A stretch of DNA of 45,631 bases from the NCBI GenBank assembly GCA_964615185.1, contig CAZTOS010000009.1, positions 1 through 45,631 of the forward strand. The letters are read 5' to 3'. The stretch's first letter is position 1. Each line of letters opens with the position of its first letter. Source of the stretch: an uncultured Thermococci archaeon. GTDB taxonomy: Archaea > Methanobacteriota_B > Thermococci > Thermococcales > Thermococcaceae. A program made the translations under genes and the position numbers. Below, in pieces: positions 18,621 to 30,800 of this stretch. A model generated the notes under the pieces. The model was not told the DNA's origin, made no database searches, and saw only the letters and a list, made by a program, of their open reading frames with translations.

Positions 18621-18816
18621 GTAGACATTAATTTAAGCGTTATGTTGATAAATATTACGTTACACCTTTGGTTAAGAAAAAATATTTTTATAAACTTATC
18701 AAAATTTAAGAAAAAGATTTGGATTAATTCAGAAAAGGGCTCTTCTTGAAAGAGTCCTCCAATTTTGAATCAAGATGTTTTAGAAAATATAAGATAGAGA
18801 GTATGGAGGTTATCTT

Positions 18817-21800
18817 ATGGGAAAGTCTATTTCCCATAAGGTGATAACATTAATGGTTGTTTTTCTAGTAATTACCCTTCCAGTAGCTTATGCGAACAGT
18901 TTGCCACATTCAGTTTTTGATGGACAAAAAGTCGAAACCAATAAAGAGACGTCCATAACTCCCGCATATATCTCTCAAGATAGTTACACAGATAAGGACT
19001 TAAAGAAGGAACTTGAACTCAAGTACACATACAATCTCGATGAGTTCATTGAGATGCTGAATAGGGATCCTGTGGAAATCTTTTGGTACATAAGGAATAA
19101 TTTTGATTATGAACCCTACTATGGAAGTATGAAAGGTCCTGAAGGAACGTTTCTACAAAGAAGTGGAAACGATTTAGACTTGGCAAATCTTTTGGTGGAG
19201 ATTTACCGTCAGTTGGGGATCCCCGCGAGATACGTTAGGGGGAACATAATCCTAAGTGAGGAAGAACTTCAAAAATGGTTTGGTCTTGATGACGTTGAGA
19301 GGGTTTTAAAGGCTGGACTAATTCCCTACGAAAAGAATGGGAATAGATACATAGTGGAGCACTTTTGGATGGAGGCTTACATAAACGGAACTTGGATTCC
19401 ACTTGATCCATCATTTAAGGAGTATGAATATATCGCTCCAGAGGTAACATCTGAGGACATTAGCTTGGACTTTGGGGAGATGATAAACAGAACAATTGAG
19501 AACACCGTTTTTGAAAACGGCAGTGCGATTTTACCCATGGTATCTTCCGATGTTTATGAAGAGCTCTCTCCAGATGTATATGAACCCTTTGGAGAAAACC
19601 TGTCCAAGATAGCCGAGAGGTACATAGGAAACGTGAGTCAACAGAGCGTTTACAGAACGTTAAAGAACTTGGAAAACTTTGAGTATGGAGTGTTTGGCCA
19701 GTGGAGAATAGTCAAGGTTGTTAGTGGTGAATTCCCAAGTGAACTTCCCTATGAAGTTAACAACGTGTTGGAGGAATTTTCTTCAATCCCAGTGGAACTC
19801 AGGTATCAGGTAAACATCTATCTCCCAATTAACGGGTTAAACATTACACTAAACATAAGTGAAATAAACGGCAAGAGGGTTGTCTTGACTTATCTTCCCT
19901 ATAACCAGAGCGATATGAAGTTTCTAAGGAATTATGAATCAATAGAGGAAGTCCCAATAGACAAGGTCAACGTTACTCCTGCCCTCTTGGTAGATGGAGT
20001 ACCCATAAGGGTTGGAGAGAAAACGCATTTAGGAACTAAGGACAACTTAACGATAGAAGTTCATATTGGAGAGTATTCCTTTGGAAGAGATAGAACGGAA
20101 ATAACGATAGGAGGAGATTACGTCATTGGAATAAACGCCCTTAGGGTCAGTGACCAATTCCTCGATTACCGTGTGAACAGGTTTAAGATCACTAAATTCA
20201 TGATTGACAATGGGTTTAGAAACGTTACAAGAGAGGAAGTGGCAGGGGAACTTTTGAATTTAATAGCCCTAACCTATTGGTATAGATTGGATCGCTATGC
20301 CAGCAGGTTATCGAGAAGCTTAGAGATTAAGTGGATCAGAATGCCCTCAATTCTGGTCACAGGCTCTGCATGGCGGATTGAGAACAACACGATCAAAATG
20401 ATAGGAATGTTCATGGACATTCACAAGGACTACTACATTCCAATCCAAAAAGATGGAGACAAAAACAAAGAAAGGGCATTCATGATAGAGACTGGCCTTA
20501 GAGGGGCTAAGCTCGAATATGAAGTTTTTGAGGATATTCTCGGAATAACAGCAGTCTCAACTGCAAAGATATTTGAGATATCCCAAGAACTCGGCATTCC
20601 AATTGTGATAGTGAACTCGACCAACGCAAACACTACAATCCCAAGCTTGGAAGTTAGTGACTTTGTTAAGGAGAAGGTTAGGGAAGCAGTGGAAAAGGGT
20701 TACGTTGTTCTCATTCCTCAAAGGAACATCGTCATAAACGACTGGGAAGGAACGGGGTATTACATAATCGATCCAGAGACCGGTGCAATGGCCTACATGC
20801 TGAGCGAGGGCATTAGAGGTGGGTGGTCGTGGTCAAGCGTCTGGGAATGGGCAAAAACTGCCGCGGACATGTTACTCACGGTTGCGATTGAGTCCTTAAA
20901 GGTAAAATGGAAAGGGATAGGAGAGGTAGTGGATAAAATAGTAGACACAATAAAGAAGATCATAACAGTGGGATGGTCTGATTATGAGGGTATGAACACT
21001 TGTGAAGTCTGGGTGAAGGTTATCAATGTTCTTATGGATATTATAGCCGATTTTGGATTTGCCGCAATGTCAACCGTGGAGATGGCAGAAATCGTTGCAA
21101 TGTACTCTGGACCTCAAGGATGGTTGGTCGCCATTGCTTTAAAGGCTGCTGAAATTGCTGTGATGGCATTATGTTCTAACCTAGTAACGGGACTCCTCAG
21201 GAAGATATTTGGACTTGATGACCCAAGGAGCAAATGTGCCGGGCCTGAGCTTGTTGTCCATGAACGTAGTAGTCTTGAAGAGATAAAGTACGGAGAAAAA
21301 AGGTACAACTTCTATGCCTTCCGTATCGGTAACAAGGGGTCCTGGAATACGGAGCTGAAGTGGGAGATACCAGAGGACTTCAACTGGAGAAAGGCAGAAA
21401 GCAGGGCTGGTATATGGTACATATCCCCCTCAAAGGGCACTATCTGGGGTTCTTCCTCTAAGTACAGAATAAATTTTGATGAAGTCTATTTGAGCATAAA
21501 TACAAAGTGGATAAGCAAAAAGTATCTAACCAAAATCATGAAAAACCAAGGAATAGTCGAATACAAGATCCCGATAAAAACGAATGACATCCATGCTCCC
21601 CTATACGTGGTGACGGTAAGATATCGGCTGGTTGAGGATCTGGCGATTAGTCTGGACCACACACTTATTACCCTGAGATATCCTGAGGGAAGTGAAGACA
21701 CGGATTACATCTATATCAAAACTTACATGACCAATGCATCATTAAAAATAACCCCAGAAAAGGTTAGCAGAGTCGGACTGACAGTTTCTTATCCAAAGCA

Positions 21801-24800
21801 CCTTGAGGTAGGAGAGTGGCACAAGATAGAAATAACCTCATCGAACGCTCCAAAAGGAAATCATGAAGTCATGTTGACACTTGTGGTCACCTACAAAAAG
21901 ACTACAAAACGGATAAATGTTCCTATTTTCATAGATGTGTATGGAAAAGAAGAACGCGAAGACGGAGGGGAGTCCCCTGATACCAGTGTTCCAGGGAATG
22001 ACCATCCAGATGATAATTTTGATGTTCCAAGAATTAGTCTAACTAAGGAAATCTCCTTCTATAGCTTGCTGAGGGAAGGCATTAAGAAAAACATAAGTGA
22101 GGCAAAGGAGCTTTACACTCTGGCGAACTACCTTTCTATGCTCTCTAACGCGACCTCAATCAACGTAGGGGATTATAGGGAACTTGCCATGGAGACCTCA
22201 AAGCTGTACAAAATGCTCTCAGCGAACCTTGAGTTCTTGAAGGACTTAAACGAGAAAGCACCATCCGTTGCCGTCTTTAAGAAAGGCTTCTATGTGGGGA
22301 CAGAGAACCTGTTGAACAGTGCGAAGATAGCTTTTAGAGAGGTTGAACCTGAGGAGTTCGATCCCCTTCAGTTGGTTAAGCATCAAAAGATACTCATACT
22401 GTCGAGTGGTTCGCTCTTTGGAATGAATACTCAATCGTTTAAAGAAAAGCTTAGACTATACCTCGAGAATGGAGGCAACATAATAGTCTTCGACCAGCAG
22501 TATGGTGAAGATTATTCGGTTATCCCCGGAGGATTGAATGGTTATGGATGGGCCCAAGATCAAATGTGTCATAGCTTTTCCTTATATGCCGCTCAAGATC
22601 ATCCAATACTCTCAACATTAACGAGAAACGAAATAAGCGAGGAAGTTGATGGATACTTCGATACGTATCCACCCAATTCAATAGTGCTGATGAGAAGAAC
22701 TAAGAATCACTTCCCGGCAATGCTCCTTTACGAGTATGGTAAGGGGCATGTTTTAGCTACAACACTCTATTCCGATTGGAAGAGCCAAGATAGTATTTCT
22801 TGGTTCATGGTTAACATTCTGAGGGATGCAATTGCATATTTGGAGCTCAAAGGAAACATATATGAGATCGGGACGAAAAAAGCATGGTTCGGTTTCTACT
22901 ATACAAACGCCACGTACTTGATTCCAATAAAAGTGAACAATCCCACAAACGTTGATGCAGAACAGATTAAGCTGAGGTTGATACGGCCAGACGGAAAAAT
23001 CACAACAGAGATAATCATAAACAAGAGCATAAAGGCTGGAGAAGAGAGTGTTATACATGCCAATATCTCAAAGGAGAACTTAAAGCCACTGCAGTTTGGC
23101 ATCTGGACGGTTGATTATTCCCTAATCGACCACAACGGCAGAGAAATTTACTCTAAATACGATGCAAAAGGGATATCAGTAAACTACTATACTGACAATG
23201 ACTACATCTTCAACTATCAAGGGGGAGAAAAGTATCTGGTTTGGATAACTTCATCCAAAGAGAACACCCTTTTCGGTGAACCGATAAACATGACGCTTCA
23301 CATAATAAACAATGACGATCAAGCTTTGAGTGGACAGGTTGGTATAGGACATCACATAGGTGGGTGGCGTGTTCTCGAAGTGAAAAACGTGACCATCAAT
23401 CCGGGTGAATACAAGAAGATAACCTTCACGGTTTATCCATATGCAGATGTTCGCTCATGGGGTGGGCATGAGCCCGGCTTGACTTACTACATAGGCTTTT
23501 ACAGGGACAAGTCTCCCTATGAAGGGCATGGCAACTTCAATGATGCGTTCTTGAGAGCGGAGAAAGGAGTGTATGTGAGGTATCCAGATGTTTCACTAAG
23601 AGGGAGTGTGGATAAGACTTCCTATGCTCCTGGAGAAACCCTTCAAGCTCTTGCAAATATAACGAATGAGAATGAGATAGACTGGAAGTTGTACTTGAAA
23701 GTGAACATCTTCAGATGGAAGTGGGTGGGAGATGAAAGGGTGAAGGAGCTCATAGTATCAGAAGGGAAGCTCATTCAACTTCCCGCATTTTCAAACACCT
23801 TAGAGAATCTTGAACTAAAGCTCCCGGATTCGTTGGAACTCGGTTATTACACTGTCGAGTTTCTGTTGATGGATGAATACAAGAATGTAACCGCTGCATT
23901 GAGCTATAGCGGATTTTCAAAAACAAAGCCAGAAGTGTTGTTCATGCAAAGGTTTGACTACAACCCCTTAACGTTCATCCTTCAAACGGAGGTGACCAAC
24001 AACATAAGCCTCAATTTCCCAGTCTTAAGAATCCACGAGTCCATTCGTGAATTTAACCAAGAGATCACGTATAAAGATTATGAGTTCAACTTAACCTTTG
24101 TGGACTTTAAGAACATCACTACAATACCAATCCAAGACGACATCTTTGGTGTGTACTCTTTTGCATACCAATTATACGATGGAAATGAATATATAGACAG
24201 TGGATATGCCACTTTTGAAAGAAAAATCATCTTAGAGCCAGAAATAGAGTTTAATGGGAGAGAGCTAAGCAATCTAACTTTAAGAATAAACATGACCAAC
24301 CCAACACAACTTGAAGAGGAGTTCGTGCTGAACGTAACCATCCCGGACATTAACTACACCTATACTACTCCATTAACACTCAACGCCAATGGAAGCAGGC
24401 TTCTCAACTTTACTATATTCATCCCCGAGATTGGGGAAGGAAGTCACGAGATCATTATAAGGGCACAAAAGGAAAGGGGGTACATAGAGAAGAAGGCTTA
24501 CTTCCACATCAGGTCTTCATGGTTAAGCGTATCTTTTGAAAGTAGGGACTACTCAGCTGGAGAGAATGCGACTGCCTATATAGAGAACGAGGGAGGAGTG
24601 TCAACGACTGCAAATGGGACACTCTACATCGAGAAGGATGGACAAATACTTTCAAAGAATGAATTCTCCATTTTAATTAAACCTGGTGAGAAGAAAGAGG
24701 TTAAAGTTCCGATTCCACTCAACATAACCCGTGGAGCATTGCTCGTTATAAACGTCACTGATTTGAAGGAAGGAAGAACTATTTCAAGGTGGACATGGCT

Positions 24801-27800
24801 TAGCTTAAAAGAGGCAATGCTTGAAGCAACTTATGAAACTGAAGTTTATGCCATGGACAACATGACCATTACCCTCACAAACGTGGGTGGATTGAGAGAT
24901 ACCCTAAACGTCACCATAACACTTAGGAGAAGCTGGTGGGATGTCGTGAAAACTCAAGAATACCACAATCTAACGTTTGGTATTGGAGAAAGCAAAAACG
25001 TCACTTTTGAGATTCCAAATGTTCAAAGCGGAGAATATGAGCTCATCATAAGTTCAATTGGAGAAGAAAGCAGACGTTCAAGCTTCCATGGAAGCTTAAA
25101 GATAATTGGAATGAACTTAACTTTCGAGACAGATAAGGATATTTACAATGCTGGCGAAAACATAACTCTAACAATTACGAACCATGGAGGGGGATATAGG
25201 CAGCTGAGATTAGAGGCTTGGCTTAGAGACAGCATGAACTTCAACTTGGAAAGCGAGCAAATAGCCATTGGGAAGCTCGAAAGCAAGCAAGTTGAATTTA
25301 ATATTCCAATAAGAACACCAACGGGAGAGTATATCTTTGTAGTCTATTATGATGGGAAGAGTTACTCAAAGAGGATTACCGTTAAAGGCCTTGAACTAAA
25401 TGTGAGTCTGGTAAGAGATTTCTATGACGTGGATGAGAGTGTGGAGCTCTTAGTGAACAATACGGGAAGCATAGATGCTGATTTAATCATAAATTACACG
25501 ATTGGAGGTATTAAGGACAACATTAGCACTTTTGTAGCGGCCGGCTCTTCAAGAGTTGTCCACTTAGATATTCCAAAATCTTTGAGAAGCTTAACCTATC
25601 AACTATCCCTTGAGATACAGGAAAGGAACACGGGGAAGATGTTCTATGAACAGTTCTACATTAGAGTTAGAGGTGCAGAGCTTGAGATAACTCCAAAAGA
25701 GACAAGCCTAACTACTGGAGAGAATTTACCAATCACGTTTAGGAACGTTGGAGGAATAAATCTCAACTTGAGCGTTGAACTCAAAGTCGAAGATTACACA
25801 ACAATCACAGCGTTTAACTTAATGAAAGGCGAAGAGAAAAATGTAACGTTTAGCTTGCCAGCTCTTTCTAAGGGTGAATATACTGTTTGGGTCATAGCGA
25901 ATGATAGCGTAACAGGAAGACAGTTTTCAACTTCATTCATGATTTCCGTGAGTGGATTCGTTATTAGGGCATCTCTAAACAAGGATACCTTCTCAATCGG
26001 AGAGATAGTAAATATAACACTCTACAACGAGAATCCAAACTTAGATGCCCAATGTGATTACACGCTGTATTTGAGGGACAAAGATGGAAACCGCTTCGAT
26101 GTTGGGAGTGGAGATGTCGTGATTCCAAGAGATTCTCAAGCCTACGTAGCTTTCCAAATTGAAGGACTTGCAAAGGGCAACTATTCCCTCACTATTAGGC
26201 TTAGGGAGAAGAACACCAACGAAGTGTTCCTAATAACGAAAAGACTCCACATCGAGGGGCTTTGGGGAGAAATTGAAGTTGACATGCCAAACGAAGTCTT
26301 TGCGGGAGATGAAATTAAGGTCTTGGTGAACTTGACTGGAAACACGAATGGGACTCTGAGGGTTAGCAGAGGAGCTAAGCTTCTGGTGTATCCATCTGGA
26401 ATTGGGAACATAGAAGTTGATGAAAGTGGCATTTGGATATTCTTTAGACACTATCTTGGGCTGTACGATGGTGAAGGGCTTGAGCTCTTTAAGTATCCCG
26501 TCTCGATTGGGCCGGCCTATGAGAGCGCCTACATACCAGCCGTTAACTTAGAGAAAGAAATATGGATTGGGTCTGGAAAGTGGATTCTCAGGTTTGATAA
26601 AAGCGCAGAAGAGTGGAACGTTTACAGCACTGAATCTATAGACGGATTTCCGGCCTACATAGAAAACTGGTGGGGTAGGGAAGAGGTTCAAATAATGGAC
26701 ATAGCCTACTACAACAACTCCCTCTGGGTTGGCACAAATGGAGTTGGTTTGATCAGGGTGAACACCTCAACGATGAGAGTGATTGCCATTTATAACTCAA
26801 GCAACAGCATCATGCCTTTCGATTATGTCATGCAACTGAAGGTAAACGGAAGTGCCCTTTGGGTGGTCTCTTTGGGAATAATAAAAATCAGCAACGAATG
26901 GCAATACATAGATCCCAGCGAATTCAACCTTGATTACATAGATGCAATAGAAATCGTGAACGACGAGCTCTGGGCTGGTGGAGGCAACGATCAAGGGGTG
27001 GCAGCTTGTAAACTTGGTGGAGAGTGTATAACAAATCTTCCAGCTTGGAGAATAAGTAGGCTTGAGCACGATAATGAGTCGCTTTGGATAATCTATGTCT
27101 CATGGGAAAATATTGGCTCAAGCAGGTACTACTTTGAGAACGGCACAAGAGAAGATTATGGTATCAATACGTTCTGGGGAAGCTTGATTGACGTAGAGGA
27201 TAGCATCTACGCCTCGAGCAAGTTTGGAATAATACTCAATGGAGAGCAAAAGACGTTTGGCCCAATCGGGAGTGTGGTGGATATAGCTTACCATGACGAG
27301 AAGGCTTATTTACTTACAGAGAGTGGCATTAATATCTACGACTTTGAGAAGGATGAGTGGAGCTACCTAACGCAGGAGGAATTAATGTATGGAGGAAACA
27401 TTCATTATGCAAGCAATAGACTTTGGATAACTAGGTGGGACAGCCTTGTTTCCTACAACATAAACACTGGAGAAATAGTGGTTTACGATTCTTCGAATTC
27501 ACCATTCAGCTCTTCAAGAAACCCCACATCAATCACCGGAAACGATACTGTCCTATTCATTGGAACGAACGATGGTCTTGTGATCTTTGACCTAACGAAT
27601 AACATATTCAATATTGTGCACTCACCATTGCCGAGCAATGGCATTAGAGACGTTTACCTATTTGAAGATGAGCTCTGGATTGCGAGTGACGATGGTGCTG
27701 GAATTTACGATATTGAAAGCAATGTATACGAACCCTACTTAACGGGAGAGATGACGAGGAAGGTCATCGCAAACGGAAAAGAGGTATGGGTTGTCTATGA

Positions 27801-30800
27801 AAACAACAACCTCTGGAGGTACTTGAGGGACAGTGATACCTTTGAGATTTACAACTCAACCAATGGTTTGCGCGAAGGATACATCGAGGACATTGCAAAG
27901 TTCAACAACATGCTCTTCGTGGCGTATTCCGATGCTCAAAACATTTCGGTGTTCGATGGAAGCGGATGGTCCATACTTGATATTCCAGCATATACCATCG
28001 AGAGCACTGAGTCCATGATTTTCTTTGGTGGTAGTGAATTCATAGTTTATTCGGGAGACGTTTATGAGTTCCCGCTAACTTTAGGGGTGAATGAGATCAT
28101 CCTAAGTCCAATTGAAAAACCCGGGGAATTCGATTATGAGTTTGTCCTTCAAACCCAAAAGATGCAACTTCTTGATATGAAGAAACACCATATCAGAGCC
28201 TACGAAAGGGACATCTACGCTGATTTATACACTCCAAAACTTCTCTACAAGAAAGGGGAAGAAGCCATCTTTGAAGTGATACTTAGAAACAACGCACCCT
28301 TAAGGGACAACGTGACTTATGAACTCATCTTAGGTAATGAGACGTTTGAAGGGAGCGTCCTTCTTGAACCAGCACAGGAGATGAAGCGCACATTCACGGT
28401 AAGGTCTGAGGGTGACTTCAATGCAACCCTCAGGGTTGGGGAAAGGGAAATAGTTAAGAAGGTCACGGTGGTCGAGCCGAAGGGCGAGGTAAGAGTAGAT
28501 GCACCCGATATTGTCGGATACTTGGAGCCGTTCAACGTGTCTCTGAGTATAATCAACACTGGAGAAGTAAGTCTCGAGGTGAACGTTAACTTCGATGGAA
28601 GTGAATTCAACTTGACGATTCCAGTGAACAAGAGCGTTACATTGACCAAGGAGTTCAGGATAAGAGAGGACAAGAACGTGAGCATTGAGATTTCGGGGGA
28701 TATTAGAAAGAACGTTAAAGAGCTCATAAGAATGGGCGAGAGTGTTAAAGTGATCTTTGAAGATAAATACCTCCTTGCACCAGGTTACAATGAACTTCCG
28801 TTTGAAGTCAGGAATGAGGGGAGTTTAGACTCAACCTTTAACTTAAGCGTATCATCCGAGACCTTCAAGTATGTGAAAGAATTAACAATTCCAAAGGGAG
28901 AAAATACAACCTTATATCTGCCCGTTTATTTAGAGGCTGGGACTTATGAGGTCAACTACACAACGAAGTTCGAAAACGGGAGTTTTGTAATCGAAGTTGT
29001 GGAGGAGAAACTTGAAGTGAACGCCTCACTGGAGAGGGAGTACAACATAACAATTTCAAACTTAGCTCCTTTGGACTTTGTGGGGACTCTGGAGATTGTT
29101 TCCTCAATACTCTCAAACACGACAAACGTGACGATTTCATCTGGGTCTTCGATCCATCTATCATTTAATGTGGGTGATTTAGAGGCCGGAACTTACAACG
29201 TCACGGTTAAGATAACGAGGAACGGCAGGATGATATTGGAGAAAACGTTTACCTACAGTCTGAGCCCTATTTACTCCATTGAGATCGAGGGGACTAAGAA
29301 CGAGTACAAGCTTGATGAAAATGCAACGTTCACAGTCAAAGTCAAAAACGTTGGAAATGCTATTGGGGAAGATTTGCTAACGTTTGAGATTCCGGGGATC
29401 TACAAGAAGGAGAGTTCTCTAACATTGAAGCCCAATGAGGAGATTGAGAGGGAGTTCAACGTAACGATGCCCAAAGACTTGCCAAGCAGGGAATTTAAGG
29501 CAGTTGTAAGCATTGGAAACATGACAAGTGAGATGAGCTTCAAGTTGATTGGGGTTAACCTAACGGTTACACCTTCCCTTAATAAGGACTACTATTATGA
29601 GGATGAGAACGTGACATTCACCCTAACCATCAGGAACAATGAAAACATAACACTTAATGGAAACATAAGCGTTGTCTGCGGTATCTTCAACTCAACTGAA
29701 CCTTTTGAGATTGGGTACGAGGTTAAAACGTTCAACTTCACATTCCCAGCATGCGATAGGGTATTCTACAGTGTTAGATTGGATAGCGGAAGGCTGATTC
29801 ACATAGACTCAAGGAAGATTCCAGTGCATGAGAGGGGTTTAGAGGTGTTGCTCTACACGGATAAGAGCAGGTACCACATTGGAGAGAACATGACGATTTA
29901 CATTTCGTCGAACAAGCCAACAACGTTGGCAATAGTTGTTTTCGGTAATGTGACATTTGTGAACGTGACCCAAAACACCTCTCTAACGCTTCAAGTCCCA
30001 GACGTTCCCAGTGGAACCTATGAGATAGTCTATTCAACTGAAGAGGAAACGTATACGTACGAGTTCGATGTTATTTCACCCAGTGCCAAAATCTTGGACT
30101 TTGAACTCAAGGCAGAGACTCTAAATCCAGAACAGAACATCTCATTTAGGGTTAATGTTTACTCGGATGAAGAAGTTTTGGGCAAGATAAAGGTGTGGCT
30201 CTACAATGAGAGGAACTTGTTGATTGATTATTATGACCAGGTGATCACACTAAGTGCGGGAGAAAACGTGTTGGATGTGAACACCACGATGAGTGTTCCA
30301 AGCATTGGAAACTACTACCTACTTTATGCAATCTACAGGGGATTGAATTCAACGCTTTTAGCCTCTGGAGTTCAGACCTTACAGACCGAGGGGGCAACAA
30401 TAGTCAGCCTCGCATCCGACAAATCTGAGTACTATGAGAATGAGAACATTAATCTAACTGTTGTTGTTTCGGGAGATAAAGGGGAATACACAATAGTGAT
30501 AGAGGGGTTAGAGGAAGTTTTAAGGGAGAACATAACAATAGATGGCACAAGAACCCTTAATTACATCCTACCGGCTTCAAAATTTGAGAAGACCATAACA
30601 GTGAAGCTGATCTATAAGGAGTACACGGAAAGCGAGAGCTTGGACATTATGGTCATTAACTTGCCACCTAAAGCCAGCTTTGATATTAAAGGGGAACCAA
30701 AAGTTAATTCGACTTTGATTTTTGATGCTTCTTTGAGTTCTGACCCGGGAGATGATGCACTCACATACGTTTGGGACTTTGGAGATGGACATGAAATAAC

